A stretch of DNA of 64,000 nt from Candidatus Poribacteria bacterium (GTDB taxonomy: Bacteria; Poribacteria; WGA-4E; WGA-3G), in contig JAJDTM010000030.1 in the NCBI GenBank assembly GCA_022827185.1, positions 179,769 to 243,768 on the forward strand, given 5' to 3'. A program made the translations under genes and the position numbers. Positions 47,216 to 56,431 of this stretch are shown piece by piece (positions within the stretch are counted from its first letter, which is position 1; every line of letters starts with the position of its first letter). The notes below the pieces were generated by a model that was not told the origin of the DNA, did not search any database, and was given only the letters and a program-made list of their open reading frames with translations.

Positions 47216-47917
47216 ATGCGTCTTCGTGCTTCCCAACTCACTAAAGATTTCGGAAATCGATCAATTGTCAAAAATGCCACGCTTTCGGTTAATCCTGGAG
47301 AGGTGGTTGCGATTTTCGGTCCTAACGGTGCCGGTAAGACGACGCTCATCAAAATTCTTGCAACCCTCCTGAAACCGACATCTGGCGAGCTTGAGATTGA
47401 AGGCACGGATGCAATTGCGGATTACTCAGATGTGCGGAGCATGCTGGGTGTGGTTATCCATGAAATGCTCGCTTATCCAGCCTTCAGTCCGTATGAAAAT
47501 CTCAGGTTTTTTGGACAGATGTACGGCGTTGAGCAGTTAGAACGCCGCGTAACAACGCTCCTTGCTGAAGTCGGCTTGCAGCGCTTTGCTCACGAACCGC
47601 TGCACATCTTCTCACGTGGCATGACGCAGCGCGTTATGATTGCCAGAGCCCTTCTTCATTACCCGTCAGTGCTATTGTTTGACGAACCCTTCTCTGGATT
47701 AGATGCTGCTGCGAGGCAGTTTGTCATAACGCGTATCGGACAAGAGCAACGGGATGGTAAAGGCATCGTCGTTACTACACATAATACAGAGTTAGGGTAT
47801 CTCGTGGGTACACGGTTTTTCTTTATGATAAATGGAGAATTGGAAGAGGTTGCGCGGAAAGACGAGATTGCAGCAGAGACGTTATTGCAGATGTACGAGG
47901 AGCGGTCGGTTTTTTAA
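47216..47917 (+). CDS. ccmA: ABC transporter ATP-binding protein, heme exporter CcmA-like
   Basis: Walker A GPNGAGKTT, the ABC signature FSRGMTQRV, and Walker B LLFDEP. Lies next to ccmB. Confidence 0.7.
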   Translation: MRLRASQLTKDFGNRSIVKNATLSVNPGEVVAIFGPNGAGKTTLIKILATLLKPTSGELEIEGTDAIADYSDVRSMLGVVIHEMLAYPAFSPYENLRFFGQMYGVEQLERRVTTLLAEVGLQRFAHEPLHIFSRGMTQRVMIARALLHYPSVLLFDEPFSGLDAAARQFVITRIGQEQRDGKGIVVTTHNTELGYLVGTRFFFMINGELEEVARKDEIAAETLLQMYEERSVF

Positions 47918-47956
47918 CGATTGGGTTCACTCCGTACGGGTGCTGTAAAAGCATCA

Positions 47957-48048
47957 AGACTTATGCAAATTTAGCATGTGGATCAAGGTTTTTGATTTTT
48001 AACCCCCTAAATCCCCCTTATCAGGGGGACTTTAACTGCGTAAGTCCT
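47957..48048. mobile_element. MITE-like repeat, copy 4 (terminal inverted repeats agacttatgcaaatt / ctgcgtaagtcct; one internal module), between ccmA and ccmB
   Basis: Read from the sequence; about 92 bp. Confidence 0.6.
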
Positions 48049-48089
48049 AAGAATGAGCAACAAGCATTCCGGTAAGAATTGAGACACAC

Positions 48090-48782
48090 ATGAAGGCACT
48101 CCGTCAGATTGGTGCGTTGATTCGCAAGGATCTTGGACTTCAATTCCGTTCAAAAGAGACGCTGGTATTGATTTTCGTTTTCAGCGTGTTAGTCGTCCTG
48201 ATTTTTGCTTTTGCGTTTGGTCCGGTTTTCCCAGAAAAGGAGGCGCGCGGCAAATTAGCCGCCAGTGTGCTCTGGACAGCGTTCGTTTTTGCAGGAATTA
48301 TTACCTTGAATCGTTCATTTGCAGTGGAACGCTCCCACGGTGCTTTGCACGGTATTCGGCTTACGGGTATTGATGTGAGCAATCTCTATCTTTCCAAAGT
48401 TGTCAGCAACGTCATTTTTCTATTTTTATTGGAAATTGTCATTACGCCTATCACGCTTCAATTCTTAGATTTGCTTGATGTGGTGACGATGGGCATATTA
48501 CTGAAGCTGCTCGGCGTGCTGAGTATCGGTACACTTGGGTTTTGTGCCGTTGGTGTACTGTTAGCGGGCATGTCTACAAATACAAGCGGTGGCGAAAGCC
48601 TACTTTCCGTCATTCTACTTCCGCTTGTCATTCCAATCATTATGGGCGGTGCGAAATGCACCGTTGCGCTTCTGGTGACGGGTGGATTGGGCGACGGATT
48701 TTGGTTGAATCTGCTTGTTGGATATAGTTTAGTCTTTTTAGCAGCCGCGTATCTACTCGCGGATTTTGTCATTGAGGAATAG
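48090..48782 (+). CDS. ccmB: heme exporter permease CcmB
   Basis: CcmB-typical N-terminus (LIRKDLGLQFRSKETLVLIFVFSV), six transmembrane helices. Confidence 0.75.
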   Translation: MKALRQIGALIRKDLGLQFRSKETLVLIFVFSVLVVLIFAFAFGPVFPEKEARGKLAASVLWTAFVFAGIITLNRSFAVERSHGALHGIRLTGIDVSNLYLSKVVSNVIFLFLLEIVITPITLQFLDLLDVVTMGILLKLLGVLSIGTLGFCAVGVLLAGMSTNTSGGESLLSVILLPLVIPIIMGGAKCTVALLVTGGLGDGFWLNLLVGYSLVFLAAAYLLADFVIEE

Positions 48783-48785
48783 CGA

Positions 48786-48806
48786 GTCAGTTATCAGTTA
48801 TCAGTT
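48786..48806 (+). promoter_or_regulatory. AGTTATC heptad array gtcagttatcagttatcagtt, 95 bp upstream of eno
   Basis: Identical 21-mer to the array at 36526-36554 (opposite strand, same orientation relative to the downstream gene). Confidence 0.5.
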
Positions 48807-48861
48807 TGCCTCGCAGTGAGAGTTAAGAGCAGCTTGATTGTGTTAGGCGCAGTGAAATTGA

Positions 48862-50202
<1,341 letters not shown>

Positions 50203-50268
50203 GTACTTGCATCCATATAGGAACGATTTTTGTGCTGTTCCAGAATGTTCTTTTTAGAGGTACACCTT

Positions 50269-50556
50269 ATGCGTATTTTTCGTCCGATTCTATTTCTGAT
50301 TGCCCTTGCTTTACTTGTGGTCAGCGTCAGGCAATTCATGAACGGTTATGATGACTGGCAACGGGCGCAGTTTGCTGAGGAAGCCTATCGTGGCGAGATC
50401 CGGGCGTTGGAATCCGAGCGTGCCCGACTTAAGAAACGCGTCGAAATGCTGAAAAACGATAAATTAACAAAGGAACGACTCGCCAGAAAACGGCTCGGTT
50501 ATATTCGGTCTGGTGAACTCAAGTTTAAAGTGGTTAAGCCTGATGCTGTTAAGTGA
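50269..50556 (+). CDS. ftsB: septum formation initiator FtsB/DivIC-like
   Basis: N-terminal transmembrane helix and a coiled coil (ESERARLKKRVEMLKND). Conserved position downstream of eno. Confidence 0.55.
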   Translation: MRIFRPILFLIALALLVVSVRQFMNGYDDWQRAQFAEEAYRGEIRALESERARLKKRVEMLKNDKLTKERLARKRLGYIRSGELKFKVVKPDAVK

Positions 50557-50701
50557 TTTGTAACAGTGCTTAAATTTTTCTTGCTTTTTTTCTGCGCGCT
50601 GCTATAATAGGTCAGAATTTCGCATAACAGGCAACAACACCTGTTATATCCAATGATACCGACCTATTACTTAACGTTTAAAGTAAGGGAGGAAAAATAG
50701 A

Positions 50702-51148
50702 ATGTTCGGAAGGAAGAAAACACCTATGATTCCAACAATTAGTTCAGGGGTTGCGGGGCCGCTCGGCGTGTTGCATCTTCCACGATTCTGGTCGAAAGTG
50801 CTAATGGATGCCAAAGGTGTCCTCCATGAAGATTACCCGGCATGCGGGGCAGGCTTCGATCAGATGGTGTTAGATGGACTCGGACTGGATAAGGATGCTA
50901 CGTTGGCGTATATCAGCGATAATTCGCCGACCTATCCACAGTTTGAAGCGTGGGTTTCGGAAAACGGGAGTTTTGACCAAGCGGCAGTTGATGAACTGAA
51001 TGCTGCAATTACAGGCTACAATCACGACGATGATACCCGCGGCGGCATTCTCGGTGCGAGCGGTGTTGAAGACGACGGCTCTATTTTAGATGCTGTGAAT
51101 CTCAACAACCTTGATGACTGGTATGAATTTCACGCCAATTTAGGTTAA
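50702..51148 (+). CDS. hypothetical protein (possible DUF5069-like)
   Basis: Strong RBS agggagg. The HLPRFWSK segment. A promoter TTGCTT-16-TATAAT at 50571-50598, with a structured roughly 100-nt leader. Confidence 0.45.
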   Translation: MFGRKKTPMIPTISSGVAGPLGVLHLPRFWSKVLMDAKGVLHEDYPACGAGFDQMVLDGLGLDKDATLAYISDNSPTYPQFEAWVSENGSFDQAAVDELNAAITGYNHDDDTRGGILGASGVEDDGSILDAVNLNNLDDWYEFHANLG

Positions 51149-51160
51149 ACCTTTAGATAT

Positions 51161-51212
51161 TTCATGTAGGCGGGTTTCTTTAACCGCGCCTACATGAAAC
51201 ACACCTCTTTTC
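51161..51212 (+). terminator. hairpin (12-bp stem ttcatgtaggcg / cgcctacatgaa) followed by a T-rich tract
   Basis: Read from the sequence, downstream of the 50702 gene. Confidence 0.45.
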
Positions 51213-51345
51213 CTTCCGACCTAACCCAGTTTGCTATTATTATCCAAAAATTTCTTAATTCGGTTTATAGAAACAGAAGAAATTAACGCGAGTGCAACTT
51301 AAACATGTAATGCATCAAGCAGCATCCTAATGAGAGGGTACCTTC

Positions 51346-52392
51346 ATGAAGTTACAACTCACTGTTATCTGTGTCTTGTGCCTTTTGCTTCTGTCATCTT
51401 CCGATGCAACCGTTCCTTCCCAATACGCGAAGCAATCCACCGAATGGTTCCAGAGCGAGGAGGGTCGCCGCATTGCTGACAACGTCCTCACATGGCAGAC
51501 ACCGCACGGCAGTTGGCCCAAGAATCGAGACACAGCATCCGAACCGTTTGATGGCAACGTTGACGATCTGCACGGAACGTTTGACAACAGTGCCACCATT
51601 GGCGAACTACGGTTTCTTGCGCGTGCGTTTCGTGCGACAAACGTGCCACGCTACCGAGATGCATTTCTCAAAGGTCTGTCTCATATTCTTGAGGCGCAAT
51701 ACCCGAATGGTGGGTGGCCTCAGTATTACCCGCTAAGCAAAGGCTACCATCGCCACATCACGTTCAATGACAACGCCATGGTGCGAATTCTCGAACTTCT
51801 CCGAGATGTTTCTGAATCTTCAGACTATGGGTTCTTGGAAACGGCGTACCGCACTCAGGCTAAAGCTGCTGTAACCAAGGGCATCGACTGCATCCTGCGC
51901 ACGCAGATCAAACAGGATGGTAAACTTACTGCCTGGTGTGCGCAGCATGACGAAAAAACGCTCGCGCCTGCGTGGGCGCGTTCATACGAGCCGCCATCGA
52001 TCTCAGGTGCTGAAAGCGTCGGTGTCGTGCGTTTCCTAATGTCAGTCGAAGAACCCACGCCGGAGATCATCGCCGCTGTTGAGGGGGCCGCCGAGTGGTT
52101 CAGGAGCGTCGCAATCCACGGCATCCGTTTAGAGAAGTTCACTGATGCAGACGGACAGACGGATAAACGGGTCGTGACAGATCCTGACGCGGGACCGATC
52201 TGGGGGCGTTTCTACGAGATCGGCAGCAACCGCCCAATCTTTCTCGACCGCGATTCAGTGGTCCGCTACGCGTTTTCCGAGCTCGGGCAGGAACGCCGCA
52301 ACGGCTACGCCTACTACGGTAGCTGGGCGAATAGGTTACTCGCAGATGCGTACCCACAGTGGCGAGAAAAACACAAGCTCCCGAAGGAATAA
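51346..52392 (+). CDS. pectate lyase, PL10-like (PelA family), secreted
   Basis: Signal peptide. TFDNSATIGELRFLA and NGGWPQYYP segments are typical of PL10. Confidence 0.6.
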   Translation: MKLQLTVICVLCLLLLSSSDATVPSQYAKQSTEWFQSEEGRRIADNVLTWQTPHGSWPKNRDTASEPFDGNVDDLHGTFDNSATIGELRFLARAFRATNVPRYRDAFLKGLSHILEAQYPNGGWPQYYPLSKGYHRHITFNDNAMVRILELLRDVSESSDYGFLETAYRTQAKAAVTKGIDCILRTQIKQDGKLTAWCAQHDEKTLAPAWARSYEPPSISGAESVGVVRFLMSVEEPTPEIIAAVEGAAEWFRSVAIHGIRLEKFTDADGQTDKRVVTDPDAGPIWGRFYEIGSNRPIFLDRDSVVRYAFSELGQERRNGYAYYGSWANRLLADAYPQWREKHKLPKE

Positions 52393-52406
52393 CCGACTCA
52401 CGTGAA

Positions 52407-53465
52407 CTACTTGTCCGCTTCTGTGGTGAGTTCGATTGCGCTACCTGTTGCAGAAGACTCAAGTCCTGCAAGCAAAATCTCAGTGACATGCCGCGCTGTG
52501 TAGACATTTGAGAGTGGCGGTTGTGTGCCTTCACGGATGTGTTCGGCGAAATGCGCGTGCATTCCGCTCGGTGCAGCGTCTGAACAGTCAATCGCTTTCA
52601 CATCAACGGGCGCGTGTTCGCGCGTGTAGGAGGTGGGTGTCAATTGACTGAGTGCTGCGCCATCTTTACCGGGCATTGTGAATTTGCCCGCTGTGCCGTG
52701 TACACTCCCTTCACCCGTGCGCGCGGGATCACACCAACTCGTCTCCGCGGTGACAATTCCACCGGATTTCATCTCAAGTACAAGCGTTGCGACATCCTCT
52801 AATTCGGTCGGTTTATCGAAAGTAGAAACAAAGCCGGTCACGCGTTTGAAGGTGCCGAGCATTGCGACGAGACTCGAAACGGCGTAAACCCCCATATCGA
52901 ACAGGGCACCGACGCTTGCCTGTTTCGCATCGAAGAACCACAAATCGTCGCCTGTTTCACCGAAGATATCGCGGATCTCTGCGTAATAGATTTCTGGTCC
53001 GCCGTGGCTGCTCCGCATTCGCGCCCCAGAAACACGTCCGATTGCCTCTTCAGCAATTAATTGGCGAATTTTGTAGACAGCGGCGCCGAAATGTGGGAGA
53101 CACATCACCGTCTTACCGCTGGCTTCAGCGGCTTCGACGAATTGATTCGCTTCATCCATCTCGCCGCAGAGCGGTTTCTGCATGAGCACATGCTTACCGG
53201 CTTCCAACGCTTTGACCCCCCACGAGACGTGCAAGGGGTGTGGCGTACCGACAAGGATCGCATCAAGCGTCTCATCAGCGATAATTGCGTCATAGTCTTG
53301 TGTCCAACGAGGTATATCGAACTCTTGACATTGATGTTTGAGACGGTGTTCGCGTCTACCGCCGATAACACTGACTTCAAAATCGGAGCCCTGTGCGAGG
53401 TCAGGGAGATGCATCCGGCAGACGATACCGCCTGCACCGATAACACCAAGCTTTAGTTTTTGCAT
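52407..53465 (-). CDS. Gfo/Idh/MocA family oxidoreductase (possible glycoside 3-dehydrogenase-type)
   Basis: LGVIGAGGIVCRMH Rossmann and the QKP motif. Paired with the DUF1080 gene. Confidence 0.75.
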   Translation of the reverse strand: MQKLKLGVIGAGGIVCRMHLPDLAQGSDFEVSVIGGRREHRLKHQCQEFDIPRWTQDYDAIIADETLDAILVGTPHPLHVSWGVKALEAGKHVLMQKPLCGEMDEANQFVEAAEASGKTVMCLPHFGAAVYKIRQLIAEEAIGRVSGARMRSSHGGPEIYYAEIRDIFGETGDDLWFFDAKQASVGALFDMGVYAVSSLVAMLGTFKRVTGFVSTFDKPTELEDVATLVLEMKSGGIVTAETSWCDPARTGEGSVHGTAGKFTMPGKDGAALSQLTPTSYTREHAPVDVKAIDCSDAAPSGMHAHFAEHIREGTQPPLSNVYTARHVTEILLAGLESSATGSAIELTTEADK

Positions 53466-53485
53466 AACATTTCCTTACTACAGTT

Positions 53486-53573
53486 AGGACTTACGCGGCC
53501 TCCTTTGCAAGCGGGATTTCAAACTCCGCCTGCAGCAATACGTAGATTATCATAGAAAAATGCATAAGTCCTG
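53486..53573. mobile_element. MITE-like repeat, copy 5 (terminal inverted repeats taggacttacgcg / tgcataagtcctg; different internal core, no CCCCCT hairpin)
   Basis: Shares the 12-13 bp terminal inverted repeats with copies 1-4. Confidence 0.5.
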
Positions 53574-53598
53574 TCCAGTATTTTTGTCGTTAAATCGT

Positions 53599-54327
53599 CT
53601 AAATTGGTTTCAGCACAACATTGCGATAGGCAACGGGTCCGTGGTCGCCTTGCAGCAGGAGTGGACCCGTAGCGGCTTCTTCTTCCACCATCGCGCCACG
53701 TGTGCAACCTACGACCTCAACATCTTCATGAACGATCTGTCCATTCCATACGACCTTGACAAAAGTGGCATTGGCAATCTTGTTACTATTGGCATCAAAT
53801 TTTGGTGCGCGGAAGGTGATATCGTACGTTTGCCATTCCCCGGGGGGTTTACTTGCATTCACACGGGGTGGCACACCGTCTACGGGTTGATTATCAATCC
53901 AACGACAATATACACCGCCACAGGAGCCGTAGCTGAGTTCTGTCTCACCCCAACTGTCCAATATTTGGATTTCGTATCTACCCATGAGGTAAACGCCGGA
54001 GTTGGAGCCTTGTGGTACCATAAACTCCACATGGAGTTCACAATCGCCGTATTCTGCTTCGGTGTAGATGTCGGCGGTTCGTCCTATGGCACCGTTGTAA
54101 AAAATTCCTTCGCCGGTTGTCGTTACGAGGCTTTTTGCGTCGTCAGCGTTGAGTGCAACGCTGCCAGCGGCATCCCATTCATGCTCGGGTGCCCCGCCGC
54201 GTGCGAGCCAACCGTCCATGTTTTTACCATTGAAAAGATTTATTGCGTTATCGGATTGAGACATAAAATCCCTCCCATTTTTCCGATGCGTTTGGCGAAG
54301 CGTTGAACGCACAAAAAGTTTTGACAT
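53599..54327 (-). CDS. DUF1080 (3-keto-disaccharide hydrolase / LamG-like) protein
   Basis: The WNGQIVHE…LLQGDHGPVAYRNV C-terminus is characteristic. The start may be the internal Met at 54264. Confidence 0.7.
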   Translation of the reverse strand: MSKLFVRSTLRQTHRKNGRDFMSQSDNAINLFNGKNMDGWLARGGAPEHEWDAAGSVALNADDAKSLVTTTGEGIFYNGAIGRTADIYTEAEYGDCELHVEFMVPQGSNSGVYLMGRYEIQILDSWGETELSYGSCGGVYCRWIDNQPVDGVPPRVNASKPPGEWQTYDITFRAPKFDANSNKIANATFVKVVWNGQIVHEDVEVVGCTRGAMVEEEAATGPLLLQGDHGPVAYRNVVLKPI

Positions 54328-54434
54328 ATTTCGCCAAATCAGGTATTATATTTATTTAACCATCAAAGACTATTCAGTAAACAACATAGTCAAGAGAGTT
54401 AAAAAAAGAAATTGTAGAAGGACACTGAAAATTC

Positions 54435-55340
54435 ATGAAACAGGTTTTCTTATTTTTAGGGTTAGCCCTACTGATGGGAACGGTTGCTCTTTTCGCGCTC
54501 TGCGGCTACGATAAAAGCGGGATGCTCTACGCAGCACCTGTAGAGAGTGATGCATCTAACCCAACAACGCCGTTTGCTGAAGGTTGCGATAAGTGCCACG
54601 GGACCGAACCCGCCTATCAAGAGTGGCAACACGCGGGACACTCACACGCGCTTGTGAACCTGATTGAGGGTCCGTATGAGGTGAAGACCTCTTGCCTGAG
54701 CTGCCATTCCGCTGGTTATGAAGTCTTTAGCGAGCGGGTCTATCCGGGACACCCGTATAACATAGAGACGGCGGTGAATGCTGTTTCTTGTTCTATGTGC
54801 CATTCCCACACGAGCAAATCGGAACATTTACTGGTGCAACCTGCGAAAAAATTATGTGTCACCTGCCATAAAATGGACTGTGGTTGTGCGGGTGCTGGTA
54901 TCGTTCACCAGTCTCAATCGGAGATGTTCCTTGGACGCGAGGGTGCTGGCGTAAAACGGATGCCATCACCGCATGTACGCGCAATGAAGAAGCGGTGTGT
55001 CCACTGCCACATGGCGAAAGAGGACCCTGAGGCAATTGCGAAACACGGCGGACATACATTTATCGCTGACTTTTCGTTATGCAGTACTGCGGGTTGTCAC
55101 GATAGTGCGGATAATAGCATGGCGACGAAGTTACCACAGTATCGTGCTGAGATAGAGGCGAAGATGCAAGCCGTCAAAGCGATGCTTGACGCTGCGCCTG
55201 ACAAAACTTCACAGGACTATCTGGACGCAAAACTGAACTACGATATGGTTAAAGGCGATAGCGGGTATGGGCTTCACAATATACCATACGCGAATGCCCT
55301 TCTTGATTATAGCCTTTCGCTCAAGAGCAAACTTGAATAG
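54435..55340 (+). CDS. multiheme c-type cytochrome lipoprotein (five CxxCH motifs plus one CX4CH-like motif)
   Basis: CDKCH, CLSCH, CSMCH, CVTCH, CVHCH and CSTAGCH. Lipobox FALCG. Confidence 0.75.
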   Translation: MKQVFLFLGLALLMGTVALFALCGYDKSGMLYAAPVESDASNPTTPFAEGCDKCHGTEPAYQEWQHAGHSHALVNLIEGPYEVKTSCLSCHSAGYEVFSERVYPGHPYNIETAVNAVSCSMCHSHTSKSEHLLVQPAKKLCVTCHKMDCGCAGAGIVHQSQSEMFLGREGAGVKRMPSPHVRAMKKRCVHCHMAKEDPEAIAKHGGHTFIADFSLCSTAGCHDSADNSMATKLPQYRAEIEAKMQAVKAMLDAAPDKTSQDYLDAKLNYDMVKGDSGYGLHNIPYANALLDYSLSLKSKLE

Positions 55341-55376
55341 TGAGCGGTGCCCGTCCTCGCTTTACGCGTTTGTAGG

Positions 55377-56216
55377 TTATCGCGCCTCCGGATTGAGTGC
55401 GGCGCGCAGCGGTACATCTTGATCCTTCGGCAGATAGTAACTGAGCGGATCACTGACAACTCCGATTAATTGTTTCTGGATCGGGTTGCATTTGGCAACG
55501 AGTTCGTCAGGCATTGTGATATAATCCATCGGTTTGACCCAGCGATAGGCGTATCCCATGAAGATGGTTTTGCGCGGCATGCCGGACCAGTTGTGCCCGA
55601 TACCGTGCCATGTGCGTTGTTCAAAGAGGAACGCATCTCCCGCGTTGACATTCATAGAGATAGCACCGCGTGCCCACCCCGTATCTGGATCGGTTGCGGG
55701 TTTGCCTGTCAATCGGTTACTTCCGGGTACCAGCACAGTCGCGCCAGAGGCGGGATCGGATTGGTCGCTGATAGCGTAAGCAATTTTAAGCATGATCCGA
55801 GGATGGGGTTCCTGCATTTCGGCATGTGATGTGCCACCGTCGCGGTGCAAGCCGATACGGTTCTTTACTTCGGGCGGTGGTTCCTCTTTTGAAGGGAGTA
55901 CAATGAGGTGGGATGTAATCATCTGGACATTCCAATTGAGTACACCGTAGGCGAGTGGCACGGTTTTCTGCCAATCAAGGAGTTGGAGAAACGCTTCGTG
56001 GTGCGTGATGCAGTTACGGAGGTTCAACTTACCGCCTGCTTCAAGGTTCCCCGCGGCTTCTTCTTTGGCATACACTTCATCAACAGCGGCATCAATTTCC
56101 GAGACGACATCGCGGGGTAAGGCGTTCCTAATCAACAGATACCCGTTGTTTTCGACAAACGCTTTGTGCTCTGGTGTAAACATGGCTGCTTCCGCAGCAT
56201 CAGTCGTAGTATCCAT
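55377..56216 (-). CDS. phytanoyl-CoA dioxygenase (PhyH) family oxygenase, second paralog
   Basis: Similar to 15748..16596 (for example FTPEHKAFVENNGYLLIRNALP). Confidence 0.7.
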   Translation of the reverse strand: MDTTTDAAEAAMFTPEHKAFVENNGYLLIRNALPRDVVSEIDAAVDEVYAKEEAAGNLEAGGKLNLRNCITHHEAFLQLLDWQKTVPLAYGVLNWNVQMITSHLIVLPSKEEPPPEVKNRIGLHRDGGTSHAEMQEPHPRIMLKIAYAISDQSDPASGATVLVPGSNRLTGKPATDPDTGWARGAISMNVNAGDAFLFEQRTWHGIGHNWSGMPRKTIFMGYAYRWVKPMDYITMPDELVAKCNPIQKQLIGVVSDPLSYYLPKDQDVPLRAALNPEAR

Positions 56217-56431
56217 AGGGTTTATCCTTATAATTATGCTGAAAATAGACTCGATCTACAAACCGAGATTCTAATCATGCTATGCATTATATAAGATGTG
56301 CCGGAAAAAATCAAAGCAATTTTGTTTCCATAGCATGTGGCGTTTGACTTTTAGGGTGTACATGCGGTTACGCTTCAGTAAATGCCTCCAAAAGCAAACG
56401 AACGTATGACAAAGAGGAAACACCACGCAAT

